A DNA stretch of 50,342 nucleotides from Candidatus Woesearchaeota archaeon. GTDB taxonomy: Archaea; Nanobdellota; Nanobdellia; SCGC-AAA011-G17; GW2011-AR17. Where the stretch lies: contig CAZUKZ010000003.1 of the NCBI GenBank assembly GCA_964621125.1, forward strand, positions 1 to 50,342. Direction: 5' to 3'. A program made the translations under genes and the position numbers. Of this stretch, positions 41,956 through 50,342 are shown piece by piece (position 1 is the stretch's first letter; the number at the start of each line of letters is the position of its first letter). Under the pieces are notes generated by a model. It saw only the letters and a list, made by a program, of their open reading frames with translations. It made no database searches and was not told where the DNA came from.

Positions 41956-42751
41956 AACATTCTTCTTTAAGATTGCAATTACTGCACTTATTGTTATTTA
42001 ATCTATGAGGAATTTCCTTACTCTCAAGCAAAATTTTTACTTCAGAAATAAGCCTTATTACTTCATCTTCCATCATAGGGTTTACTATTACTTCCCTCCT
42101 TTCTGAGTGATCCAAGTAGTCTATGCAACCATGATTGCTTTCCATTTTTCTCATTTCCTTCAACATCATAATGTATGCAGCAATTTGAATCCTATGTCCT
42201 GGCCAAATACCATCCTTCGGCATCTTACCAGATTTCATCTCTATAGGAACCACCTTATCTGAAAATACCTCAATTTTATCGATAATTCCAGACAGCCCTA
42301 AATTAGGAGCAATGATCCTCACTTCTGACTTGTATTTAGGCTCCAAAGAATCCCAAAGCTCCTGTTCGTATAAATTAGATGTAGCTATGAATTTGGATAT
42401 GTTTGCTGCCCTTGTCCTTGCCTCTTGCAATAGTATGGGCCATATCCTCTTGAAAAGTTCAAATCTATCTAAATCTAACTCTTTAATATCTTTTTTTCTT
42501 TTCCTTATAGAGCTCATAAGAAAACTATAATATCTTTTCCTATAAGACATCTCTATCTCATCATTATCAAAAGACTCTTTTATCGAAGATACAATTTCAT
42601 CCTCATTCCTATTAACTCCATCTATAACTTCGTGTTTTATACTACCCACGACCATAGCCTCTTTTGGAAATTTTCCAACTTTCATAACCTTCTGCAGATA
42701 CAGCATTCTCGGACAATAAAGATATGTCGATAGAGCTGTCACAGGGATCAT
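41924..42751 (-). CDS. Cas4-family PD-(D/E)xK exonuclease with 4-Cys cluster (stand-alone)
   Basis: N-terminal YLYCPRMLYL Cys, the RecB motifs GIIDKIEV and PIEMKSGK, QIAAYIMM (QxxxY), and a C-terminal CSNCNLKEEC. Confidence 0.85.
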   Translation of the reverse strand: MIPVTALSTYLYCPRMLYLQKVMKVGKFPKEAMVVGSIKHEVIDGVNRNEDEIVSSIKESFDNDEIEMSYRKRYYSFLMSSIRKRKKDIKELDLDRFELFKRIWPILLQEARTRAANISKFIATSNLYEQELWDSLEPKYKSEVRIIAPNLGLSGIIDKIEVFSDKVVPIEMKSGKMPKDGIWPGHRIQIAAYIMMLKEMRKMESNHGCIDYLDHSERREVIVNPMMEDEVIRLISEVKILLESKEIPHRLNNNKCSNCNLKEECFKALETVQSS

Positions 42752-42771
42752 AAACTTAAGTTATTCAGATA

Positions 42772-42811
42772 AATTATATAAATGCTACGCGTATTTGTCG
42801 TGTCCAGTGAA
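42772..42811 (-). promoter_or_regulatory. Conserved 23-nt motif (copy 3, minus strand 42806->42784 TGGACACGACAAATACGCGTAGC) fused to ATTTATATA
   Basis: 22/23 identical to copy 1 and shares its TTCAC 5' flank. The TATA start lies 31 nt before the Cas4-like ATG. The conserved flank+motif block starts 5 nt after the upstream gene's stop codon. Confidence 0.6.
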
Positions 42812-42816
42812 AGGAT

Positions 42817-43095
42817 CTAACGAGTAGTTGAGTCCTCTCCCTGATACCCAGTCAAAAGATCATATGCTACCCTCAACATCTTAAAAGAAGTCACTTTCAT
42901 CTCATATAACGCAGCATCTCTAGCAGCAACAACAGCAGCCATGGGCCTTGGATAATTATCAAGGTTTTTCTCAAAACTTAACTTCGCCTGACTTTTGATA
43001 TTCTCCAGGTGGTCTCTAGTAGTCATACCCCTAGTCAATTCAGCACCCATTATGATATAAGCCAACGTTGGCGTTCTTATCAGTCTAAACCTCAT
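42817..43095 (-). CDS. hypothetical protein
   Basis: 92-aa ORF, predicted helical, no recognised domain. Confidence 0.45.
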   Translation of the reverse strand: MRFRLIRTPTLAYIIMGAELTRGMTTRDHLENIKSQAKLSFEKNLDNYPRPMAAVVAARDAALYEMKVTSFKMLRVAYDLLTGYQGEDSTTR

Positions 43096-43245
43096 TTTAT
43101 TTAGTAAAACTCTTAATATATAGGGAAAGAATTAGTATTTAAACCTTTTGGTTTGTAATTACTCTTTAGAAGTTACACTGTTTAGTGAATTAAGATAGTC
43201 AAGAAAACCCTAAGCTTTTTATATTTAAAAGACCATTGAAAAAAC

Positions 43246-43815
43246 ATGTCTAACATATGGAACGCTGTTATCCAGTGGTTACTAAAGATTCAAGGATATA
43301 GAGTAGCAGTTATGGATGTCGAATATCCTGCATGGGCGATTGTAGGCCTTCTGATTGTTGTTCTCGTTTGGGCATTTGTTCTTGTTGTGTATTTAGTCAA
43401 TAAGCTCAAGCCAAAGGTCAATATTCCTGACAAAATTTATCCTGCAGAAATCGAAGATGTGCCAAAAAATGAAGTAGTTGTCATGCCTGCTGTAAAAACC
43501 CTCGATGAAGGTGCGTTCATTGGTAAGATTGGCAAAATACTGAATGATAAATTGTCTGAGAAATCCAAAATAAAACAAATACTTAAGCGGTCCAAAGGTG
43601 ATTTAGAAAAGGGAAACATAGAGGGAGCTGAAAATCGGTATAAGTCAATTAAAGGCCTATATTATAATTTGGACTTAGAATCACAAAACGAAATGTTGCC
43701 TAAGTTGCAAAAGGCTCTCGAGAATATAGAAAAAGCAAAAAAAGAGCAGGTACCTAAAAAGACTAAGTTGGAGGAGCAAGAAGATTCTATCAAGAATGTG
43801 CTTTCTTCTTTGTGA
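43246..43815 (+). CDS. single-pass membrane protein with coiled-coil C-terminal region
   Basis: One TM (AIVGLLIVVLVWAFVLVVYLV) followed by a Lys/Glu-rich helical region. Confidence 0.45.
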   Translation: MSNIWNAVIQWLLKIQGYRVAVMDVEYPAWAIVGLLIVVLVWAFVLVVYLVNKLKPKVNIPDKIYPAEIEDVPKNEVVVMPAVKTLDEGAFIGKIGKILNDKLSEKSKIKQILKRSKGDLEKGNIEGAENRYKSIKGLYYNLDLESQNEMLPKLQKALENIEKAKKEQVPKKTKLEEQEDSIKNVLSSL

Positions 43816-43861
43816 AGGATTTCTTAGCCCGGTACTTAAGTATTGAGTTATTAACTGGATT

Positions 43862-45211
43862 CTATATCCTTGAACATAAAGCTTCAGGATCACATATTCT
43901 CAAGTCCTTATAATAAGCAGGGGAAGCACAGTTAGGCGGCAATACCTTCTGTTTATTTTTCTTACTCCATGATATCTGTCCCAAAATATAATTCTCTCTA
44001 AGAGGTTCTGCATTTTTTCCATTCCATTCTTTTATGCGTTTTTCGATGTTGGGCCAATTCCAACCCATCTGCTGCAAAAATCTTATCAAGACAAAAAGTG
44101 CTCTTTTCTTACCATCTTCAAGACCTTCGAGAACTTTTTTTATGCATGGAGGAAACAGTTCCTCAGGTAATGCTTCTGTAGGCATATCATAATCCTTATC
44201 AGTTACAGTCTTATCTTCTTCCTTTTTTTGTTTGGCATTCCAATCCAAAGCTTGGATAACAAGCCCTCTAGCTTCACCAGGTTCTGATTTGCTCCTATCG
44301 ATATATTTGACTATGTTTACAACCTTGTCTGGGGAGGCCATCTCTTTCTCAAAATTAAGGATGTCATCAGGATTAAAAGGAATGGAAACAAGCCCAGACT
44401 TTTCGTGTAAAGAGTAAGGTGCGCGAAATAAGTGCCTATTGGAGATAAGGACTGTATCTATATGAGAACCACTTAGTTTAATTGCATCCTTAATGACTCC
44501 TTTAAGTTTTTTTTCAGTACCATCCATTGTTATTGTCCTATTACCTGACCTCACCACTCCCAATGGACGTTTAGGAGCATTATTTTTCATGAATTTCAAA
44601 TCTTCCTCGAGTTCTGCTTCGCCCTGTTCTAACGCTTCAAGTATCTCCTCTTTCCTTTCGTCAGTCTTAGATTCTATCCAAGTGTTCAAGGCTTCAGTTA
44701 TAAACTCTGTGAGATACATAGCCATTATTCTCAGTAAATTAGGGTAAGCATTTTTTTTATCCTGCCCCGAAATAGTGTTAGGGAATGATTCATAAGGAAC
44801 TGCTATATGGAGGCCCTTAGAGCCACTAAATTTGACGCAGATATTCTTTATATTATGATACTTCAAAGCTTCCACTAACAAGAAACTTATATATTTTGAT
44901 GTTTCCCAATCCGTCACATCTATATCCAAAATGAAATCCCAACCCATCCGGATAGTATCCAACCGTTTCTTGGTCATTCCGGGTTCAAGCTCAAAAATAT
45001 CGTTCCATCTTTCCTCGGATATATGGAAAGATGTAGCCCCTTTGCTTGCAAACTCTTTTACATCACCAGGCATCTGTAGTAGGTCGGGCCTTTTGCCAAA
45101 ACCTTGACCATACCTTACACCTAACTCGCGGTCAATAGCTTGATCAACCAAAGCCTTTTGTATCTCTGGGCGGCAATAGAATTCAAAAATCTTTGTTTTG
45201 GATAACGCCAT
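43862..45211 (-). CDS. DNA primase, fused PriS catalytic domain + PriL-CTD-like Fe-S domain
   Basis: AEP motifs FILDIDVTD and FSGSKGLHIAVPY, plus HEKSG. The C-terminal PPCIKKVLEGLEDGKKRALFVLIRFL ... PPNCASP...ICDPEALC resembles the PriL C-terminal domain, including its Cys ligands. Confidence 0.85.
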   Translation of the reverse strand: MALSKTKIFEFYCRPEIQKALVDQAIDRELGVRYGQGFGKRPDLLQMPGDVKEFASKGATSFHISEERWNDIFELEPGMTKKRLDTIRMGWDFILDIDVTDWETSKYISFLLVEALKYHNIKNICVKFSGSKGLHIAVPYESFPNTISGQDKKNAYPNLLRIMAMYLTEFITEALNTWIESKTDERKEEILEALEQGEAELEEDLKFMKNNAPKRPLGVVRSGNRTITMDGTEKKLKGVIKDAIKLSGSHIDTVLISNRHLFRAPYSLHEKSGLVSIPFNPDDILNFEKEMASPDKVVNIVKYIDRSKSEPGEARGLVIQALDWNAKQKKEEDKTVTDKDYDMPTEALPEELFPPCIKKVLEGLEDGKKRALFVLIRFLQQMGWNWPNIEKRIKEWNGKNAEPLRENYILGQISWSKKNKQKVLPPNCASPAYYKDLRICDPEALCSRI

Positions 45212-45243
45212 AGATAAGAAAAGTTAATAAGACTTTATATTTT

Positions 45244-45645
45244 TTATTGTGCTTGCTGTACTTCTTCATTGATACGTTGGACTTTCAAGGAAGAAACTCT
45301 TATTTCCGTATTTACCTGCTCTTCAAATACAGATAACTCCTTTACCTGCTCTTTAATTACTTCTTGAGCATCCTCAACGCTTTTTCCAACCATAATATTT
45401 GCACCAACATTCATTATTACACTCTTTGAATCTTCTACCTTGGTCTTGATGAAAATTCCCGCCCCTAATGGAGTCAGAATATCTTTACCTGATTCTACCT
45501 TCTTTATTTCAGACAAACTTTCGTTAAGATTATGAAGTTCAATCTTTTGTTGTTCAATCTTAACTACCTGTTCCTGCAATCCTTTAATATGATTTGTCAA
45601 ATTCTGAAGCTCTAAGAATTTCTGTTGAGTTTCTTCTTTTGTCAT
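45244..45645 (-). CDS. pfdA: prefoldin alpha subunit
   Basis: Coiled coil, then a double beta-hairpin (ILTPLGAGIFIKTKVEDSKSVIMNVGANIMVGKSVEDA), then coiled coil. 133 aa. Confidence 0.8.
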   Translation of the reverse strand: MTKEETQQKFLELQNLTNHIKGLQEQVVKIEQQKIELHNLNESLSEIKKVESGKDILTPLGAGIFIKTKVEDSKSVIMNVGANIMVGKSVEDAQEVIKEQVKELSVFEEQVNTEIRVSSLKVQRINEEVQQAQ

Positions 45646-45920
45646 TTTTTATCCACTTTATTCTCTTCCTTTTTCTTAACCAGATTTTTCTCAACAGGAA
45701 GCTCCGCTTCTTTCATAGCTGCAAAAACTTCTTCTGTAGAAGCATTTTCCTTTACCTTAAGAACTGTTTCCACTGGTTCAAGATGTTTTATGTTACACTT
45801 CCTTCGCCTGACATTCCCATCAACAAGAACTATTGTTTCACTTGCTTGGCCTATTACAACAGCAAGTTTTCCCGCATCCCTACCTGCAATCTTAATACAT
45901 ACCCTACCTATATCTATCAT
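45642..45920 (-). CDS. rpl14e: 50S ribosomal protein L14e
   Basis: IGRVCIKIAGRDAGKLAVVI...VLVDG..RRRKCNIKHLEP is a KOW-type L14e pattern. There is a 4-nt ATGA overlap with pfdA. Confidence 0.85.
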   Translation of the reverse strand: MIDIGRVCIKIAGRDAGKLAVVIGQASETIVLVDGNVRRRKCNIKHLEPVETVLKVKENASTEEVFAAMKEAELPVEKNLVKKKEENKVDKK

Positions 45921-45989
45921 CTTATTTTCCTCCTAAATGTTTCATCAACCAACCCGTCACCGGGGAAGTCTCCTCTTCAACAACAAGAG

Positions 45990-46256
45990 CTACTTTCTTG
46001 AATTCTCTACTATCTTAAGCCTCATACACTTTGAGCACAATACGCCTGCAAAAGGCCTTTCCGGCCTTTTTTTCGTTTTTGCCATTGTTCTCATCTTATG
46101 TGGCCTTTCTGAAGCGACACCTGGAAGCTTTGCTCCACATTCATAACATATTGCCTTTGATGGCTTTGCCTTCCTATAGTGAACCGTATTCCTACCACCT
46201 GGTGTCTTAACACGAACTTTCCTCAATGATGTTGATTTATTTCTTGGTGCTGGCAT
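45990..46256 (-). CDS. rpl34e: 50S ribosomal protein L34e
   Basis: MPAPRNKSTSLRKVRVKTPGGRNTVHYRK...CYECGAKLPGV. The start at 46256 is preceded by GGAG. Confidence 0.9.
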   Translation of the reverse strand: MPAPRNKSTSLRKVRVKTPGGRNTVHYRKAKPSKAICYECGAKLPGVASERPHKMRTMAKTKKRPERPFAGVLCSKCMRLKIVENSRK

Positions 46257-46323
46257 TTTTTCTCCTTTTCTTAGGTTATACGCAGAGAAATTCTCAGTCA
46301 TTTATAAACGTTTCTAATATGAA

Positions 46324-46788
46324 CTAATGAACTCTCAGAACTTTTTTAAGGACTAGGCTTAGTACCATAGTGAATATGAAATAGCTCCAGAACCAGCTCA
46401 AGCCAAATAATACATCTGGATTACCCAAAGCAGTGTAATATGTCCTCAACCAAGTGAAAAGGAGCAAGAAAGGTATCATTGTTATAAGCATAGGCTTAAA
46501 ATTATGCTTAAACTGCTCCATGGTCTTTTGCATGCTCTTTTTCTGCATTTCGGCAAATTTCTTAGGATCTTCCTTGTGCTTCTTCATCTCCGCCTGTAGT
46601 GACTTCATTTCGTCCCTTAGGCCCTTGATAGCCTTTTGATCAGTCATATACTTGATAATAAGTGTACTTATGAGAACAACAATTAAACTAACAACGAGTA
46701 AGCCATAGGGTTCAGGTAATTTAAAAATAGGCCCCAATGCAGCATCAAATGCTTTATTGACTCCAACCATTAATCCATCAAATACCAT
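46324..46788 (-). CDS. DUF106 / EMC3-TMCO1-like membrane protein (archaeal Oxa1-superfamily insertase candidate)
   Basis: TM, then a basic coiled coil (KGLRDEMKSLQAEMKKHKEDPKKFAEMQKK), then 2 TMs. It occupies the conserved position next to secY. Confidence 0.75.
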   Translation of the reverse strand: MVFDGLMVGVNKAFDAALGPIFKLPEPYGLLVVSLIVVLISTLIIKYMTDQKAIKGLRDEMKSLQAEMKKHKEDPKKFAEMQKKSMQKTMEQFKHNFKPMLITMIPFLLLFTWLRTYYTALGNPDVLFGLSWFWSYFIFTMVLSLVLKKVLRVH

Positions 46789-46832
46789 TCTTTCTTAAAT
46801 ACTGAATTCCTTTAAAAAGCTTGTGTATTCAG

Positions 46833-48233
46833 TCACTTACTCATCATTTTTCTTAGAGAAGGATGCATGTCATACATGTGCTGTTGTGCAATTTGCTCGT
46901 ATAACTTGTATATAATCATTACAGCCAAAAGAATCCCCGTTCCTCTACTTAACGCTCCCAATAAGTCAGCTGAAGACGCCAAAAACCCTACCAAAGCACC
47001 ACCCATAATTGTTAAAGGCATTATGTACCTCTTAAGTACCATTTCCAAAACTCTTAAGTCCCTCCTGAATCCGGGAACCTGTAGACCTGAGCCCATAATC
47101 TGTTTAGCTTGACTTTTAGCGTCCATCCCGGATGTCTGTACCCAAAAATAAGAGAATATTATTGATCCTATAATCATGATCACCATATACCCTAATGCGT
47201 GGGTCACATCAGTTAACCTTAATGATCCAGTAATTATATGTTCTATGATATTGGGTGGAAAAAGCCAAGTTATGAAACCTGTCGCAGGTGAACTTCCAGC
47301 AAAAGTTCCTAGAATTGGGAAACCCCAATTCTGTAATAACCTTGCCCATAACTGCATGTTTGCCATTAGAGCAGCAATTAATATAACTGGAATATTAGAT
47401 GTATACATGAACTGTAAAGGCCACCTTATACCATGTCCTCTGACCCTACCAAAAGAAAGAGGGATTTCTATTTTCATTGCTTGGGCGTATACAGCCATCA
47501 CAAAAACTACAACCGTTGCAATTAATGCAGCAAGAGCAATAGCTGCCCCCGAAACATTACCTCCTGTAAGTGCCTTGAATAAGACCCATACAACTCCAAT
47601 CGGTGCTTGACCGGAGCCGAAAGCCCAAGTACCTGCTGAACTTAAAGGACTAAATGCCCTGATCATTATCTCAGATGAAACCCCTGCTGCAATGAATAGA
47701 CTTATACCTGAACCAAAGCCCCATTTATTCGTGACTTCATCCATAAGCATTATCAGGAGACCCCCCACTATCAATTGCCCAACAAGAATCAATTGCATGG
47801 CCTTATAGGCTGCAGGTGCTAATGTTGCCGCTGGTGATAAACCACCCATATAAACATAAATCGCTGCCTCAAAAACAACAAAGAAAATACCCATAAGTTT
47901 CTGTAAGCCTTGTAACTTCTTTTTCCCATCTGGTGTACTTGTATCAAGTTTTAATAAACCTGAACCGACTAGCAATTGAAGGACAATGGAAGCTGTTACT
48001 AAAGGGCCTATACCTAAAGAAACTATAGAACCAAACTTTGCCCCTAATATTATCGACAACTGTTCAAACTGAGCTAACTCATTTGCTCCAAGTCCATAAA
48101 GCGGTATTAAACCAAGAATGAAAAAGGCAACAAGAATTATCAGAGTCCATTTTAGCTTCTCCTTAAAGGAGAGTTTCTTCTGGGCTGGGCCCTTAACCTC
48201 TGGGAGGTTCATCAGTATGTCTTTTAGAGCCAT
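46833..48233 (-). CDS. secY: preprotein translocase subunit SecY
   Basis: 10-TM protein with a typical archaeal SecY N-terminus (LPEVKGPAQKKLSFKEKLKWT) and the expected position after L15. Confidence 0.95.
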   Translation of the reverse strand: MALKDILMNLPEVKGPAQKKLSFKEKLKWTLIILVAFFILGLIPLYGLGANELAQFEQLSIILGAKFGSIVSLGIGPLVTASIVLQLLVGSGLLKLDTSTPDGKKKLQGLQKLMGIFFVVFEAAIYVYMGGLSPAATLAPAAYKAMQLILVGQLIVGGLLIMLMDEVTNKWGFGSGISLFIAAGVSSEIMIRAFSPLSSAGTWAFGSGQAPIGVVWVLFKALTGGNVSGAAIALAALIATVVVFVMAVYAQAMKIEIPLSFGRVRGHGIRWPLQFMYTSNIPVILIAALMANMQLWARLLQNWGFPILGTFAGSSPATGFITWLFPPNIIEHIITGSLRLTDVTHALGYMVIMIIGSIIFSYFWVQTSGMDAKSQAKQIMGSGLQVPGFRRDLRVLEMVLKRYIMPLTIMGGALVGFLASSADLLGALSRGTGILLAVMIIYKLYEQIAQQHMYDMHPSLRKMMSK

Positions 48234-48243
48234 TTTCCTCTTT

Positions 48244-48717
48244 TTATTCTTCTTTTTTAGTTTGTTTCTCAGATGGTAATTCTACTTTTCCACCAGCAGT
48301 CTCAATTTTATCGACCGCTCTTTGTGAAGCTTTTGTCGCTTTTATAACCATTTTCTGAGTTACTTTGCCGCTTCCGAGCAACTTATCAAAACCAACCTTT
48401 TTAAGGTCGATAAGATAAGCTCCCTTTTCCTGTGAAATTATTTTTTGTGATAATAAATTAACCAATGAAGTCTCAAGTGAACCAACATTCACTGCTTTTA
48501 CAGACTTAACATTTTGTCTTTTGAAACCCCTCTTTCCGAAGTAAGAATTACCAAACACATTCACTATTGTAGGGTGTTTCTGATCTGCCCTCTTCCCAGT
48601 TCCGGCGTTTCCTCTACCTCCACGGTTTCCTGCCCCTCTATGTTTCTTCATCGAACCCCAGCCGTGGGTCTTCGAACCACGTTGCTTCACATTTTTCTTT
48701 CTTCTATTAATGGGCAT
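48244..48717 (-). CDS. rpl15: 50S ribosomal protein L15 (uL15)
   Basis: RGSKTHGWGSMKKHRGAGNRGGRGNAG pattern. Confidence 0.95.
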   Translation of the reverse strand: MPINRRKKNVKQRGSKTHGWGSMKKHRGAGNRGGRGNAGTGKRADQKHPTIVNVFGNSYFGKRGFKRQNVKSVKAVNVGSLETSLVNLLSQKIISQEKGAYLIDLKKVGFDKLLGSGKVTQKMVIKATKASQRAVDKIETAGGKVELPSEKQTKKEE

Positions 48718-48718
48718 T

Positions 48719-49195
48719 TTAAATCATCCTCATCAAGAGCTTATTGATCTTGTCTTTCCTATATCCAAGAACACCACCTAAACTGAATGGTTTCTTTATA
48801 CCCTTCCTTTCAAATCCTTTTGTAGGAGGACTTAGTCTAAAGTAACATTTCAATCCTGGTATCTCTTTTAATTCTTTCTTGAAATCCATAAAGTCCCTTG
48901 AAAACTGTTCAAATGTAGATTTCAACTTATCCTTTAAATATTCGGCAGTTAATTTTTTGTTTCCAGGGAGCTTACCTCTCTTAGATAACATCTCATTAAA
49001 TGTTGCTTCATCAATTTCTCCCCAAGTAATATAATCCTTTAATTTATTTATCATTCCAGTGTAAACCTTATTGTTCGGAACAACTACACAAGTATTTTTA
49101 TTATACAACCTTAGCAAAGAAAAAGTACTCTCTATCTCTCTCTTTACTTTAGCTTTTCCTCTTATTCTGATTATAGCAATCCTTTGGTTATTCAT
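48719..49195 (-). CDS. rpl30: 50S ribosomal protein L30 (uL30)
   Basis: IAIIRIRGKAKVKREIESTFSLLRL and an archaeal-length C-terminal extension. Position between S5 and L15. Confidence 0.9.
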   Translation of the reverse strand: MNNQRIAIIRIRGKAKVKREIESTFSLLRLYNKNTCVVVPNNKVYTGMINKLKDYITWGEIDEATFNEMLSKRGKLPGNKKLTAEYLKDKLKSTFEQFSRDFMDFKKELKEIPGLKCYFRLSPPTKGFERKGIKKPFSLGGVLGYRKDKINKLLMRMI

Positions 49196-49922
49196 TTGAA
49201 CCTTCCGTCAGACCTGATTTTTTTACGAAGTCAGGCTTTACTTTAATTTTTGCGAGCTGCTTCAATGCTTTAAAACACGCTTTAATATGGTTGGTCTTTG
49301 TACAAGTTTGGCCTTTAGCCTTGGAATACACATCTTTAATTCCTGCTAAACCCAACATTTTCCTACATTCTTTTTCTGCTGTTAAGCCAGTTCCTTTTGG
49401 TGCCGGCATAATTTTGACTGTAACTGAACCTTCCTTTCCTTCTACTGAAAACGGGATGGTATGCGGTTCACCACAGCCGCAAGCCCAACTACCACAACCT
49501 CTCTTAATCTTAATTATGTTAAGTTTAGCTTTCCTTAATGCCTTTTCTCTTGCCGGTACAGTTTCTTTTGCTTTACCTGAGCCAATACCTATGTATCCGT
49601 CCCTATTCCCTACAACTACACTCGTTGAGAAAGATGGTTTGTTACCCTCTTTGCTTTTCTTTTGAGTCTGTTTCCAAATACTCCTTTTACCTCCACCAAA
49701 CTTACCCTTGGACTGCCCAATTTCAAAGAGTTCAAACTCAAGTCCTGGCAAAAGTGCATCAACTATCTCTGGTTCGAGTATCTTTAGACCATTATCAAGT
49801 ACCTGGTCTAGGCTAGTAATTTCTCCAGCCTTTATCCTTCGACCTAATTCAGTCTTAGGTTTCCAAGTAGTCATATCAAAACCCTTATCTCTTCTTATTC
49901 CGCTTTCTTCTGCTCTGCTCAT
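49188..49922 (-). CDS. rps5: 30S ribosomal protein S5 (uS5)
   Basis: VVVGNRDGYIGIGSGKAKETVPAREKALRKAK and GSVTVKIMPAPKGTGL motifs. Confidence 0.95.
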   Translation of the reverse strand: MSRAEESGIRRDKGFDMTTWKPKTELGRRIKAGEITSLDQVLDNGLKILEPEIVDALLPGLEFELFEIGQSKGKFGGGKRSIWKQTQKKSKEGNKPSFSTSVVVGNRDGYIGIGSGKAKETVPAREKALRKAKLNIIKIKRGCGSWACGCGEPHTIPFSVEGKEGSVTVKIMPAPKGTGLTAEKECRKMLGLAGIKDVYSKAKGQTCTKTNHIKACFKALKQLAKIKVKPDFVKKSGLTEGSNE

Positions 49923-50342
49923 TTTTTGACCTTAATTATCTTATTTTTGACATCTTCTATCATCTTTTTTAAACCTTCCCCTTTTTTGAGATGTGCACCA
50001 GCTAACCTATCCTCTGAAGGGAACACATTATCACCATGAGGTACTGGGAGTCCTGCGTCTACTGCCCCCTTTAAGGCCGCAAATAGTATAGAGCCCTTTA
50101 CAGTCTGGTATAATCCTAAATCTAGTATAGCTTCTTTTACCCCGGCATCTTGCGCTTTCTTTCCACATAATAAACCGACTAAATATGCAGATGCAGTGTT
50201 TCTTCCATGGCCCTTCCAACCCAGCTTAATTAATTCACGACTGTGAGCCGAAGCCAAAACCTTATCGCCTTCTGGATGAAACTCCATAACCTGAACTGAT
50301 ACGTTCTTAAGTGACTTCCTCACGACTAGCCTAGGCTTTCCT
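49919..50342 (-). CDS. rpl18: 50S ribosomal protein L18 (uL18), 5' end beyond the window
   Basis: The reading frame stays open to the window edge (..RLVVRKSLKNVSVQV..). SAHSREL...NTASAYLVGLLCGKKA is typical of uL18. Confidence 0.9.
   Translation of the reverse strand, partial: GKPRLVVRKSLKNVSVQVMEFHPEGDKVLASAHSRELIKLGWKGHGRNTASAYLVGLLCGKKAQDAGVKEAILDLGLYQTVKGSILFAALKGAVDAGLPVPHGDNVFPSEDRLAGAHLKKGEGLKKMIEDVKNKIIKVKK

Noticed and set aside
41924-43245. Looked for a CRISPR array or other cas genes around the Cas4-like gene
   Set aside because: There are no direct repeats with regular spacers anywhere in the window, and the flanking ORFs carry no Cas1, Cas2 or effector motifs. It is treated as a solo Cas4-family nuclease.
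45594-46146. Plus-strand ORFs of 69-135 aa (45594..46001, 45625..45936, 45937..46146)
   Set aside because: They are antisense to the L14e, L34e and pfdA genes. The sequences are Phe/Ser/Leu-rich shadow frames.

Overview
This 50.3 kb window is a chromosomal segment from an AT-rich, small-genome archaeon, plausibly DPANN-like, though that cannot be confirmed without a database search. The archaeal assignment rests on Top6A/Top6B, PAN, Hef, a fused PriS-PriL primase, prefoldin, L14e/L34e, the L18-S5-L30-L15-SecY block and BRE/TATA-type promoters. Coding density is high. RNA genes are one tRNA-Asn(GTT) and one unlinked 5S rRNA. No CRISPR array, transposase or integrase was seen.

Most notable observations:
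1. A 23-nt sequence, TGGACACGACAAAYACRCGTAGC, occurs three times. Each copy abuts the TATA box of a DNA-cutting or repair gene: hef, a free-standing LAGLIDADG+HTH protein, and a solo Cas4-family nuclease. This suggests an undescribed DNA-repair/nuclease regulon.
2. top6A is interrupted by a 543-aa intein carrying a LAGLIDADG homing-endonuclease domain, about 20 residues after the catalytic Tyr.
3. Bacterial-type mutS and mutL are present, but MutL is a chimera. Its C-terminal endonuclease domain is cut short and continues into a HAD-hydrolase fragment that lacks its nucleophile motif.
4. A 476-aa 'mini-UvrA' ABC ATPase lacks every Zn module and accessory domain, and its second ATP site is degenerate.
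5. A five-gene copper operon is headed by a membrane-anchored wHTH regulator, with a perfect 14-bp palindrome at that gene's 3' end.
6. Two pairs of compositionally atypical orphan genes (20289-21647 and 40153-41955) are present. The second pair shares a TTAATTCCC element between TATA box and start codon.
7. An apparent -1 frameshift at an A5 run splits a 114-codon gene.

All functional calls come from motif recognition by eye. No searches were run.
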